Below, piece by piece: positions 55,451 through 64,000 of a DNA stretch of 64,000 nt. Location of the stretch: assembly GCA_965116495.1 (NCBI GenBank), contig OZ220696.1, forward strand, positions 1,888,001 to 1,952,000, read 5' to 3'. Both the position numbers and the translations under genes were made by a program. The first letter of the stretch is position 1. Every line of letters starts with the position of its first letter. The notes under the pieces were generated by a model that was not told the DNA's origin, searched no databases, and saw nothing but the letters and a program-made list of their open reading frames with translations. Origin of the DNA: Gammaproteobacteria bacterium (lineage in GTDB: Bacteria > Pseudomonadota > Gammaproteobacteria > Eutrophobiales > Eutrophobiaceae).

Positions 55451-57298
55451 ATGCCTATGTCGGACATTGAGACACTTGAAGAGCACGAACTCGAACACGA
55501 AGAAGATGATGAGTCGCAATTAAAATTATTAATTGCCAAGGGTAAGGAACATGGCTTCATCACCTACCATGAGGTCACGGAACATTTGCCTGATGAGATC
55601 GTAGACCCGGAACAGATCGAAGATATCATCAACATGATCAACGATATGGGAATCGAAGTCCATGAATTCCCCCCGGGCCTCGATCAATTGCTCCCAAACA
55701 ATTCGGAAACGCCCGTTGACGCGAATGCCTCCCTGGTCAGCGTTGAAAACGAATTCGGGAGAACAACCGACCCGGTTCGTATGTACATGCGGGAAATGGG
55801 TACGGTTGACCTGTTGACCCGCCAAGGCGAAATAAAAATCGCCAAGCGCATTGAAGGCGGCATGAACCAGGTTCTGTTCGCGCTTTCCCAGTATCCCGGG
55901 ACCATCAATATGCTCCTGGATGCGTACTTTTGCGTCCAGAACGGGGAATTGAAACTGAGTGACATTGTCCTTGGATTTAATATCCAGGAAGAGTACCCCG
56001 ATAAAGGTCTGCCTCCTTCGGCCAAGAAACAAACGTCCCGTCAAAACTCTGATGATGACTCCAGTGACACCGACTCGGACGATTCGGTGGACTTTGAGGA
56101 AGTCCGCAAGTCGATTATCGGACTTGATGGACTTTACAAGAAACTGGTCAAATACATCAAACAGCATGGCAAGGCTCACGAGAAAACTACGGCTATTCAA
56201 GATGACATCACGGAAACGTTTCTCCGATTACGCCTGGCGCCGAAATTTATCGCTGAATTGACCATCAACGTGCGCCGCACGATTGAACTGATCCGGAGAT
56301 CGGAGCGCGAGATAATGCGCTTGTGCGTAAAAACGTCGCGTATGCCCCGCAAGAACTTTATCGCCTCTTTTCCCGGTAATGAAAGAAACACGGACTGGAT
56401 CGGGCAACAGGTCGAAAATGACACCCCCTACGCACAGGACCTGGCGCAGGTTATGGACCAGGTGATTAAAATTCAGGAGCGGTTAGCCGAGGCGCTCAGG
56501 GATAATTTACTTTCTATCGCGGAGATAAAGGAAGTCAACCGGAAGATCTCCATCGGCGAGGCGAAAACACGCAAGGCAAAAAAAGAGATGGTCGAGGCCA
56601 ACCTGCGCCTGGTTATCTCCATTGCGAAGAAGTACACCAATCGCGGCCTGCTGTTTCTCGATCTCATACAGGAGGGCAATATCGGCCTTATGAAGGCGGT
56701 GGATAAATTTGAATACCGGCGCGGCTATAAATTCTCCACCTATGCGACCTGGTGGATCCGCCAGGCTATCACGCGCTCGATCGCGGACCAGGCCAGGACA
56801 ATTCGAATCCCCGTGCACATGATCGAGACCATCAACAAACTGAACCGAATCTCGCGACAGATACTGCAGGAGCAGGGCCGGGAACCCACGCCGGAAGAAC
56901 TGGCGGAAAAAATGGACATGCCGGAAGAAAAGATTCGCAAGGTGCTCAAGATCGCCAAGGAACCCATTTCCATGGAAACCCCCATCGGCGATGACGATGA
57001 TTCCCACCTGGGCGACTTTATTGAGGACCTGAATACCCAGGCGCCGGCCGAATACGCCAGTTTTGAGGGATTGCGGCAGACGATGAGGGAGTCGCTCAAC
57101 GGGTTGACGTCCAGGGAAGCAAAAGTATTACGCATGCGCTTCGGCATTGAGATGAATACGGACCATACGCTGGAAGAAGTAGGCAAACAGTTTGACGTAA
57201 CCCGCGAGCGCATCCGGCAAATAGAAGCCAAGGCATTGCGCAAGCTGCGCCACCCGAGCCGTTCCGAGCAGTTGCGGACGTTCATCGAAGGCAGTTAA
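55451..57298 (+). CDS. rpoD: RNA polymerase sigma factor RpoD
   Basis: [42 protein letters not shown]. Confidence 0.98.
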   Translation: MPMSDIETLEEHELEHEEDDESQLKLLIAKGKEHGFITYHEVTEHLPDEIVDPEQIEDIINMINDMGIEVHEFPPGLDQLLPNNSETPVDANASLVSVENEFGRTTDPVRMYMREMGTVDLLTRQGEIKIAKRIEGGMNQVLFALSQYPGTINMLLDAYFCVQNGELKLSDIVLGFNIQEEYPDKGLPPSAKKQTSRQNSDDDSSDTDSDDSVDFEEVRKSIIGLDGLYKKLVKYIKQHGKAHEKTTAIQDDITETFLRLRLAPKFIAELTINVRRTIELIRRSEREIMRLCVKTSRMPRKNFIASFPGNERNTDWIGQQVENDTPYAQDLAQVMDQVIKIQERLAEALRDNLLSIAEIKEVNRKISIGEAKTRKAKKEMVEANLRLVISIAKKYTNRGLLFLDLIQEGNIGLMKAVDKFEYRRGYKFSTYATWWIRQAITRSIADQARTIRIPVHMIETINKLNRISRQILQEQGREPTPEELAEKMDMPEEKIRKVLKIAKEPISMETPIGDDDDSHLGDFIEDLNTQAPAEYASFEGLRQTMRESLNGLTSREAKVLRMRFGIEMNTDHTLEEVGKQFDVTRERIRQIEAKALRKLRHPSRSEQLRTFIEGS

Positions 57299-57300
57299 TT

Positions 57301-57364
57301 GTCATACTGACGTAAGATCGTCATATCGGCGTTGTTCGTCATACCGGTGCAAGCCGGTATCCAG
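57301..57364. repeat. REP-like GTCAT units (two degenerate, one intact hairpin)
   Basis: GTCATA at 57301, 57320, 57338; last is GTCATACCGGTGCAAGCCGGTATCCAG. Confidence 0.65.
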
Positions 57365-57399
57365 AAATCTGAGATACAATTCAGCTGGACTAAATATTT

Positions 57400-57439
57400 G
57401 GGCCTGTAGCGGGGCCGCATGGCGGCAAGGTTAGAGCAG
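57400..57439 (+). pseudogene. Degenerate duplicate of the tRNA-Ile 5' half with a hairpin insert
   Basis: GGGCCTGTAGC-[GGGGCCGCATGGCGGCAA]-GGTTAGAGCAG versus GGGCCTGTAGC-TCAGTT-GGTTAGAGCAG. Confidence 0.7.
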
Positions 57440-57498
57440 GGCAACCCGCCAGGGTTACGTGTATGATCTGCCGCAATATATTTAATTTGTAATAGTTT

Positions 57499-57821
57499 GG
57501 GCCTGTAGCTCAGTTGGTTAGAGCAGTGGACTCATCAAAAATGGTGCGTTCATATCGAAAGATATGAAATGAACGGGATGAATTCAGGGAAACCTTAACC
57601 CGCCTGCCCACCAGGACAGGAGGAATGGCAACCCTGAGCCAAGCCGGGGGTACACCCCCGGAAGGTGCAGAGACTACCTGGGAACTGAAGTGTTCTTAAT
57701 ATCAGGCTAGAGCGTCCCGTACCCTAACATTTGGTTGAGGGTAGTGAGATAGTCCGCTCCTTTTAGAAATAAAAGGATAAAGTGAATCCATTGGTCGTAG
57801 GTTCGAGTCCTACCGGGCCCA
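57499..57821 (+). tRNA. tRNA-Ile2 (anticodon CAT, lysidine type), exons 57499-57535 and 57785-57821
   Basis: Joined exons fold as a cloverleaf: acceptor GGGCCTG/CGGGCCC, anticodon arm GTGGA-CTCATAA-TCCAT, T-arm GTAGG-TTCGAGT-CCTAC; C4-G69/C5-G68 and post-rpoD position favour Ile2 over Met. Confidence 0.92.
57536..57784 (+). ncRNA. Group I self-splicing intron (IC3-like), 249 nt, no ORF
   Basis: P1 with U-G splice pair, P2 and P9 GAAA hairpins, P3 ACGGGATG/CGTCCCGT, P and Q elements, P7 GACTA/TAGTC, terminal G at 57784. Confidence 0.92.
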
Positions 57822-57923
57822 CCGGATAACGTTGTTATGCCTTCGCCCTACAAGTCCTGGACCAGGCGAAAGCCCAGGTAAGCGTCCCTCATTCCTGCGA
57901 CGGGTTGTTATCCGGAACCGTTC

Positions 57924-60263
57924 TCACACAACTGACACCGGTTCCGGCCTGGCCATGCGGTAGCCGACCGCGCGCACGTTCTGGATGTAGACCGGCAGGG
58001 CCGGGTCATCACCGAGCTTTCGGCGCAGTTGCTTGACAAAGGTACGGACCCGGTCCTGGTCGCCCGATTCAGGACCGTTCCATAGTTGGCGGATCAGCGA
58101 GTCGTAACTGACTACGCGTCCCGCGTTCACCGAGAGGATGTGCAGCAGCTCGTATTCGGTAGCGGTCAGATCTACCGGGCGGGCGGCCATGGTCACCCGC
58201 CGCTGCTCGTACTGGATGGCGAGGTCGCCGAGTACGAAGGGTTCCAGTTCGGTGCGCCTGCGCAGGGCAGCACGGACCCTCGCCGTCAGTTCCGTCGCCG
58301 AGAAGGGCTTGACGATATAGTCGACAGCGCCCTGTTCCAGCGCCTTGGCGATTGTCTCGTCCCGGCCATAGGCAGAGATGAAGATGACTGGAGTGTCGGC
58401 GATCTCCGAGGTACTTTGCATGATCTCGATGCCGTCGGCGCCGGGGAGGATCAGGTCAAGCAAGACCAGGTGGGGCTTCTGCGCCTGAATGATCCGGGGC
58501 AACTCGTTGTAGTCACCGGTCACAATCGGGGAGTAGCCGGCCCGATCCAGTGCGTCGCGAACGAAGCGGAGTATCTGCGGGTCGTCATCCAGCACCAGGA
58601 TGGGCGGGCGCTCGCTTCCCTGCTGGGAGGGGCGGTATTGATCACGAACGCCGCCGGCCTCTTCGGCTACCGGAATCGTGAAAGTGATTTGTGTCCCCCG
58701 GCCCGGCCCGTCGCTGTGCGCCTGGATGCGGCCTCCGTGGGCCTCCACCAGCCCCTTGCAGATGGCCAGCCCCAGACCGCTCCCGCGCCTGTCATCGTCG
58801 CTGAGGATCGTGTACTTGCGGAACAGGCGCGGGAGTTGCTCCGACGGTATCCCTTCACCCTCATCTGTGACCGTGACTGCCACGTGCAGGCCCTCGCGTA
58901 ACCCGGCGACCCGGATAGGAGAGGTACCGAGAGAGAACCTGGAGGCATTGGAAAAGAGGTTGCTCAGCACCTGTACGATGCGCCCCCTGTCGGCGAGCAC
59001 ACGGGGCAGGTCCTGCGGAAGGTCGATCAGGATCGTGTGCTTGCTGCCGCCGCTCAGGAAAGCATTCCTTGCCTGGTCCACCAGTGCGGCCAACTCGACA
59101 GGCGCTGGTGAGACGGACAGTGTGCCCGCGTCGATGCGGCCCGCGTCCAGGAGGTCGCTGATCAGGCCGCGCATGTGATCGGCCTGCTCATCGATGATGC
59201 GAAAGAACTGGTTCACCTCGCCCGGGTCCAGCGCAGAAGAGGCATCCAGCAAGGTGGTGGTCGAGCCCTTGATGGCAGCGAGCGGCGTGCGTAACTCGTG
59301 GCTGACCATGCCCAGGAACTCCGCCCGCAACCTGTCCAGTTCCTCCAGTTGCGCCAGGTCCTGCATGGTGACCACCACCGAGTCGACTTCGCCCTGTGCG
59401 GAACGGATGGGCGTGACGTTGAGCAAGGTGGTGACGCTCCTGCCGTCAGGAACCGATAGCACGACTTCCTCGGCGCGCATGGTCTCGGCTGTCGTTAATG
59501 TTTGTACGCCCGGATACTCGCTCAACGATACCTCGCGCCCATCGGTGAGCCGGCACGTGATCACCTCAATCAGTTCCTCCATGGACTTGCCCGGCATGCG
59601 CAGACCTTCGCCAATCCGGTTGGCCTCCCGGTTGAACGATACCGGCATGCCGGTCCTGGCGTCGAACACTACCACGCCCACCGGCGAGGTCTCCACCAGG
59701 GCCTCGAGGTCGGCCCGCGCCCGCTGCTCGTCGCGGTGCGTGCGGGCATTGGCGATGGCCGTCGCCGCCTGTGACGCGAACAACACCAGCACCTCTTCGT
59801 CCTGGTCCGTGAACGCCTGCCCGCTTTCCTTACCGGCGAGAAAGAAGTTGCCGACATGCATGTCGCGACGACAGATCTGCGTGCCCAGGAAGGTCTCGGA
59901 CAGAATCAGGTCCTCCGAGTAGCCGAGCGAACGGATATAAGTGGACAGGTCTGCCAGCCTCACGACTCCCGACACATCGCGCAAGTGTTCAATGAGCCGC
60001 GGGGTATCGGGGTTTTGCTCGAATTTTTGGTGCTCTTCGCCGGTGAAGCCGGAACTCACGAAGTCCTGGATTTCCCCGCTTTCTCCATAGGTGGTGATGA
60101 TGCCGTAGCCGGCACCGGTCAGGGCGCGGGCGCTGTCCACCACCTCCTGCAGGACGGTGTCAACGTCAAGGCTCGCGCTGATACGCAGGATCGCCGCACT
60201 CAACTGCGAGAGCCGCTCCTGCAGCGCCTCGAGATCCCGCGTATTTTCTTTGCGATCAACCAT
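57924..60263 (-). CDS. Soluble hybrid sensor kinase/response regulator (GAF-PAS-HisKA-HATPase-REC-winged HTH)
   Basis: SHELRTPL, NLFSNA, DEGEG, GSGLGL, VLDDD, LLDL, KPF, LTATEYELL, LRRKLG, VRAVGY; no TM segments evident. Confidence 0.9.
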   Translation of the reverse strand: MVDRKENTRDLEALQERLSQLSAAILRISASLDVDTVLQEVVDSARALTGAGYGIITTYGESGEIQDFVSSGFTGEEHQKFEQNPDTPRLIEHLRDVSGVVRLADLSTYIRSLGYSEDLILSETFLGTQICRRDMHVGNFFLAGKESGQAFTDQDEEVLVLFASQAATAIANARTHRDEQRARADLEALVETSPVGVVVFDARTGMPVSFNREANRIGEGLRMPGKSMEELIEVITCRLTDGREVSLSEYPGVQTLTTAETMRAEEVVLSVPDGRSVTTLLNVTPIRSAQGEVDSVVVTMQDLAQLEELDRLRAEFLGMVSHELRTPLAAIKGSTTTLLDASSALDPGEVNQFFRIIDEQADHMRGLISDLLDAGRIDAGTLSVSPAPVELAALVDQARNAFLSGGSKHTILIDLPQDLPRVLADRGRIVQVLSNLFSNASRFSLGTSPIRVAGLREGLHVAVTVTDEGEGIPSEQLPRLFRKYTILSDDDRRGSGLGLAICKGLVEAHGGRIQAHSDGPGRGTQITFTIPVAEEAGGVRDQYRPSQQGSERPPILVLDDDPQILRFVRDALDRAGYSPIVTGDYNELPRIIQAQKPHLVLLDLILPGADGIEIMQSTSEIADTPVIFISAYGRDETIAKALEQGAVDYIVKPFSATELTARVRAALRRRTELEPFVLGDLAIQYEQRRVTMAARPVDLTATEYELLHILSVNAGRVVSYDSLIRQLWNGPESGDQDRVRTFVKQLRRKLGDDPALPVYIQNVRAVGYRMARPEPVSVV

Positions 60264-60469
60264 TTACCCGCCCCCGCCCCTTATTGTGAGGATTTATTCC
60301 ACGCAATCCCCGAAATACTCACAATTAAACGCATTAAGGGCACGATAATCACACGATTGCTATGTTAGAGTCAATCGCACGCTATTACAGATCCGTATAC
60401 GATAAGCCACAACCTGGGGAGGTCACACTTGAAACCAACACTACAGGCGCAGTCGCACCCATTGCCTGA

Positions 60470-61609
60470 ATGACTTCAGAATCAGGCACATCCGCCGGCT
60501 TATCGGAGCCCCCCGTTCTGGTCACCGGCTCTGCCGGGCACGTAGGCGCCAACCTCGTGCGCAGGCTGCTCGACGACGGCATCCGGGTACGGGTGTTGCT
60601 GAGACACGAGGACAACAACGAGGCATTGGAAGGACTCGAAGTCGAACGCACGTTTGCTGACATCCGGGATCTGGATGCCACCCGGCGCGCACTGGAAGGC
60701 TGCCAGGGCGTTTATCACGTAGCAGCCAAGATCTCAACCATCGAAGGCAACCACGCCCATCGCCGCGAAGTATTCGAGTGCAATGTCCTCGGTACCCGCA
60801 ACGTGCTGCAGGCTGCGCGGGAGGCGGAGGCCGGCCGGGTGGTGGTGACGGGATCATTCAGCGCGGTCGGTTATGACCTGGATGACCCGTCGGCGCCCAG
60901 TGACGAGACCATGCAGTTCTACCCCATGGAACGCACGATGCCCTACGAGCGCAGCAAGACACTGGTCGAGCATGAATGCTGGCGCGCCGCGGCAATGGGG
61001 CAGGATGTCATTGTCGCCACCTGTTGTGCCGTAATCGGGAGCGCCGATTTTTTCCCCTCGCGCCTGGGCAGGACCTTGTGCGACTACACCAACGGCAAGC
61101 TCCGTGCTTACGTGGATGGCGGTTTCGAGTTCGTCGCGGCGCGGGACATCGTCGAAGGACACCTGTTGTGCATGCGCCATGGACGCCCGGGCGAAAAGTA
61201 CATCTTCAGCAGCGAGTACAAAACCATTTCCGAGATCCTGGACCTGTACGAGGAGGTCTCGGGCATCCCGCGACCGCGCAGGCGGATACCGATCCCGATG
61301 ATGCTCGTCTTCTCGGAGGTGGCGAGCTTTTACCTGAGCCGGTTTCACCCGGGTTTCAACCAGCGTTTCACCCCTGGCGCCATCCGCCTGTTGAAAAAGT
61401 GCCGCCACGCCAACATCGACAAGGCGAAACGGGATCTGGGCTACCAGCCCACCAGTATCCGCGCCGCGGTGCACGAGGCCTATGCGTTCCACTACCAGCG
61501 CAACGCGATCAGGAACCCGCGCGCGAAACGCCCGTACGTTGACGCCGTGAGTCAGCCGGAAACTCTCAATCCGGGCCAGGGTATCCAGGTATCTACCGAA
61601 GGGGCTTGA
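60470..61609 (+). CDS. NAD(P)-dependent 3-beta-hydroxysteroid dehydrogenase/epimerase-like SDR (SdmB-like candidate)
   Basis: TGSAGHVG, YHVAA, NVLGT, YERSK. Confidence 0.8.
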   Translation: MTSESGTSAGLSEPPVLVTGSAGHVGANLVRRLLDDGIRVRVLLRHEDNNEALEGLEVERTFADIRDLDATRRALEGCQGVYHVAAKISTIEGNHAHRREVFECNVLGTRNVLQAAREAEAGRVVVTGSFSAVGYDLDDPSAPSDETMQFYPMERTMPYERSKTLVEHECWRAAAMGQDVIVATCCAVIGSADFFPSRLGRTLCDYTNGKLRAYVDGGFEFVAARDIVEGHLLCMRHGRPGEKYIFSSEYKTISEILDLYEEVSGIPRPRRRIPIPMMLVFSEVASFYLSRFHPGFNQRFTPGAIRLLKKCRHANIDKAKRDLGYQPTSIRAAVHEAYAFHYQRNAIRNPRAKRPYVDAVSQPETLNPGQGIQVSTEGA

Positions 61610-61610
61610 T

Positions 61611-62696
61611 ATGAACCCGGCATCATGTGCGCCACCCGGCTTCGATGAAGCCCGCACCCTGCGCCAGCAGGCGCGGGCCGCGGGCATGGACCCGGATTAC
61701 TGGTACGCGGTCGAGGAAGTGCGCCGGGTTAAACCGGAGACCGTGGTCGAGATTGTTTTCTGGAAGCGTTCCATAGCCCTGTACCGGGCGAAAGACGGCT
61801 CGTTTCACGCTATGGATAACCGCTGTGCGCACCGGCAACTCAAACTTTCCCTGGGCGATGTGCAGGGTTGCCGGCTGGTGTGCGCCTACCATGGCTGGGA
61901 GTATGATGAAAACGGGGTCCCCTACAGCCGGTCCGGGCAGGGCCTCAGGAACCTCGCGCTGAGGACCTATCCCATACAGGTCCGCTACGGCCTGGTCTGG
62001 CTGTTTCCCGGGGATCCGGAGCGGGCGCGGCAGCGCGAAATCCCGGATATTCCTGAACTCGAAGGCCCATCCCGGTGGGCCTGTGTACCGCTGAGCTTCA
62101 CCTGGTCAGCGCACCACTCGATGGTGATCGACAACGTCAGCGACTTCACCCACGCCCACCTGCACCGCCGCTACCGCCCCTTTGACGATGCCACCCTCAC
62201 CCGCTGCGAGACCGACGGCGACAACGTGCATCTCGCCTACGACACGCAAGTCGGGCGCGGGCCCGTCTCCAGGCTGTTCGTCGACCACAACCGTATCGAC
62301 ACCAACCACATGGAGCTTTGCTACCAGTACCCCTACCAGTGGTCGAATACCGATGACGAGATAAAACACTGGCTGTTTGTGCTACCCATCGATGAACGCA
62401 CCACCCGGGCGTTTTTCCTGTTCTACTTCCGGTCGCTGAAAATCCCCGTTCTGCCGGTGAGGATCCCCCGGTTCGCCATGACCACGGTTATGAAGATTTC
62501 GAACCGCATGCTTATCGGCCCGTTACTCAGCCAGGACGGCGTTGCGGTCGAGGCGGAGCAGCAGGGGTACGAGAGGCACTGGGATGCCCCTCCCTTCGAG
62601 TTCAACCCGGTCGTCAAGGCTTTTCAGGATGTGACCGTGCGCAAGTGGCGGGAACACCTGGCGCGCACAAACGGGAGCGGTGATGCCGGGGCCTGA
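61611..62696 (+). CDS. Rieske oxygenase (SdmA-like sterol C-4 methyl oxidase candidate)
   Basis: CAHR..CAYHGW; DNVSDFTHAHLH; QDG; sterol assignment rests on context. Confidence 0.8.
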   Translation: MNPASCAPPGFDEARTLRQQARAAGMDPDYWYAVEEVRRVKPETVVEIVFWKRSIALYRAKDGSFHAMDNRCAHRQLKLSLGDVQGCRLVCAYHGWEYDENGVPYSRSGQGLRNLALRTYPIQVRYGLVWLFPGDPERARQREIPDIPELEGPSRWACVPLSFTWSAHHSMVIDNVSDFTHAHLHRRYRPFDDATLTRCETDGDNVHLAYDTQVGRGPVSRLFVDHNRIDTNHMELCYQYPYQWSNTDDEIKHWLFVLPIDERTTRAFFLFYFRSLKIPVLPVRIPRFAMTTVMKISNRMLIGPLLSQDGVAVEAEQQGYERHWDAPPFEFNPVVKAFQDVTVRKWREHLARTNGSGDAGA

Positions 62697-63783
62697 GCCG
62701 CACTTTCTGTTGTCCGCGCTGTCCGGCGCCGCCCTGCTCAAGGCGGCGGCTATGCTGCTGGTGTTTACCGGCGGGTTGTTCCTGGGTTCCATGCTGCTGC
62801 CCGGACGCCGGATTGCCGGGACGGACCTGGAGGGAACACCACACGAATACAGGCTCAACGGCCTCGCCCTGTTCCTGGCAACCGTGATTGCGGCAGGTCT
62901 CGTCCAGGTCTCCGGCTGGTTCTCACTTTCCACGTTGTATACCCACTTTGCCGCCTTGTTCGTGGCGGCCAACGTACTTGCATTTGCGCTTGCCGCCTGG
63001 CTGTATTACCGGGCCGCCCTGACCCGGGACTCAGCGCCGGGAATCCGGCCGAGCTTCTTCTATGGCGTGGAGTTCAATCCAACCGTGCTCGGGGTGGATT
63101 TGAAGCTTTTCAGCTACCGCCCGTCCCTCATCGGCCTGGCGCTGTTCAACGCATCGTTCGCCGTAGTGCAATACGAGACCTACGGCGGGCTGACCCTGGC
63201 AATGGCGCTGTACCAGGTCTTCACCTTCTGCTACGTGCTCAACTACTTCCAGTTCGAATACGGCATGACCCACACCTGGGACATGGTCAGCGAGCGCTTC
63301 GGCTGGATGCTGATCTGGGGGGACTACGTGCTGGTGCCGTTTTTCTATTGTCTCGCCGGCTGGTGGCTGGTCCACGCACAGCAACCGCTGTCTCTAATCG
63401 CCACCGCGGCGATCGTCATGTTGTTCATCATTGGCTTCTGGCTGTTCCGCGGCGCCAACGAGCAAAAACACCGCTTCAAGCGCAATCCCGGCGTGTCGAT
63501 CTGGGGACAACCCGCCCGGTCGCTGGACGGGCGCCTGCTGGTCTCCGGATTCTGGGGGATCGGACGGCATCTCAACTATACCGGTGAGATCTGCATCTAC
63601 CTCGCGTTCGCCCTCACCACGGGGTTCGGATCCTGGGTGCCTTACCTGTTGCCCGCGTGGCTGGCGCTCCTGTTGTGGCATCGCTCAAAACGTGACGATC
63701 GCCGCTGCCGCGCCAAGTACGGCGAACTGTGGGGACGCTACACGCAGCGGGTGCGGTATTCAATGCTGCCGTATGTCTACTAA
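62683..63783 (+). CDS. Sterol reductase, ERG24/ERG4/LBR family (probable delta-14 reductase)
   Basis: YRPSLIG, TWD..ERFGWMLIWGD..VPF.Y, LLVSGFWG..RHLNY.GE, HR..RDD.RC..KYG..W..Y, PYVY. Confidence 0.9.
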   Translation: MPGPEPHFLLSALSGAALLKAAAMLLVFTGGLFLGSMLLPGRRIAGTDLEGTPHEYRLNGLALFLATVIAAGLVQVSGWFSLSTLYTHFAALFVAANVLAFALAAWLYYRAALTRDSAPGIRPSFFYGVEFNPTVLGVDLKLFSYRPSLIGLALFNASFAVVQYETYGGLTLAMALYQVFTFCYVLNYFQFEYGMTHTWDMVSERFGWMLIWGDYVLVPFFYCLAGWWLVHAQQPLSLIATAAIVMLFIIGFWLFRGANEQKHRFKRNPGVSIWGQPARSLDGRLLVSGFWGIGRHLNYTGEICIYLAFALTTGFGSWVPYLLPAWLALLLWHRSKRDDRRCRAKYGELWGRYTQRVRYSMLPYVY

Positions 63784-63789
63784 CCCGCA

Positions 63790-64000
63790 ATGTCACAGCA
63801 ATCCGACAGCGTAGCCAGCCTGCATTCGGTGCAACCCCCGCCGCGGGCGGCAACAGCCGTTCCCTTGATCGGGGGCGGATGGCCGTTAATCGGCCACCTG
63901 CCGGGCTTCCTGAAGGATCCGGTCTCGATGTTGAGCCGCGGCTGGCGCGAACAGGGTGAACTCGTCCGGTTCCGTATCGGTCCCCGTAATTTTGTCCTGT
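63790..64000 (+). CDS. Cytochrome P450 N-terminus (CYP51-like), truncated by the window end
   Basis: Not in the ORF track; MSQQ..GGGWPLIGHLPGFLKDPVSMLSRGWREQGELVRFRIGPRNFVL matches the P450 Pro-rich N-terminal region. Confidence 0.75.
   Translation, partial: MSQQSDSVASLHSVQPPPRAATAVPLIGGGWPLIGHLPGFLKDPVSMLSRGWREQGELVRFRIGPRNFVL

Noticed and set aside
57536-57784. Homing endonuclease or an integrated element inside the tRNA
   Set aside because: Only 249 nt, almost fully accounted for by ribozyme helices; no ORF or att duplication
57499-57821. Calling the CAT tRNA Met or fMet
   Set aside because: G1-C72 is paired and there is no GGG/CCC anticodon stem, so not fMet; C4-G69, C5-G68 and the post-rpoD position fit Ile2 better than elongator Met
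57822-57915. Integron attC site or small ribozyme
   Set aside because: Has TAAC/GTTA ends, but I could not pair inner L boxes or match hammerhead or twister cores; no integrase nearby

Overview
Chromosomal window of a Gammaproteobacterium. The backbone is housekeeping genes in typical order: proS, hda-DUF2066/purM, prpBC, hemB, glnA-ntrB-ntrC, lysA, trxA-rho, groES-groEL, sat, tesA-ABC transporter, hemH, cca, uppP, folM/folK/folB, plsY/tsaD, rpsU-yqeY-dnaG-rpoD-tRNA. Accessory pieces sit between them. The strongest signals are: (1) the tRNA-Ile2(CAU) after rpoD is split by a 249-nt group I intron whose core pairings can be read directly, and a degenerate copy of the tRNA 5' half lies just upstream; (2) downstream of that tRNA a soluble all-in-one sensor kinase/response regulator is divergent from an operon encoding an SDR, a Rieske oxygenase, an ERG24/ERG4-family sterol reductase and a CYP51-like P450 (cut by the window end), which looks like a bacterial sterol-modification pathway; (3) two RTX proteins, one about 1586 aa built from six stacked modules and lying behind a bacterial cereblon gene, the other carrying a PD-(D/E)XK-like N-terminal domain; (4) an AT-rich cis-CaaD-type tautomerase with all six catalytic residues; (5) signs of decay (ntrC frameshift, doubly deleted ybdK-like gene, IS256/oxidoreductase chimera) and several families of short palindromic repeats. 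All calls come from reading the sequence and from recalled family motifs; no database search was run. A host-associated marine lifestyle is suggested but is only inference.
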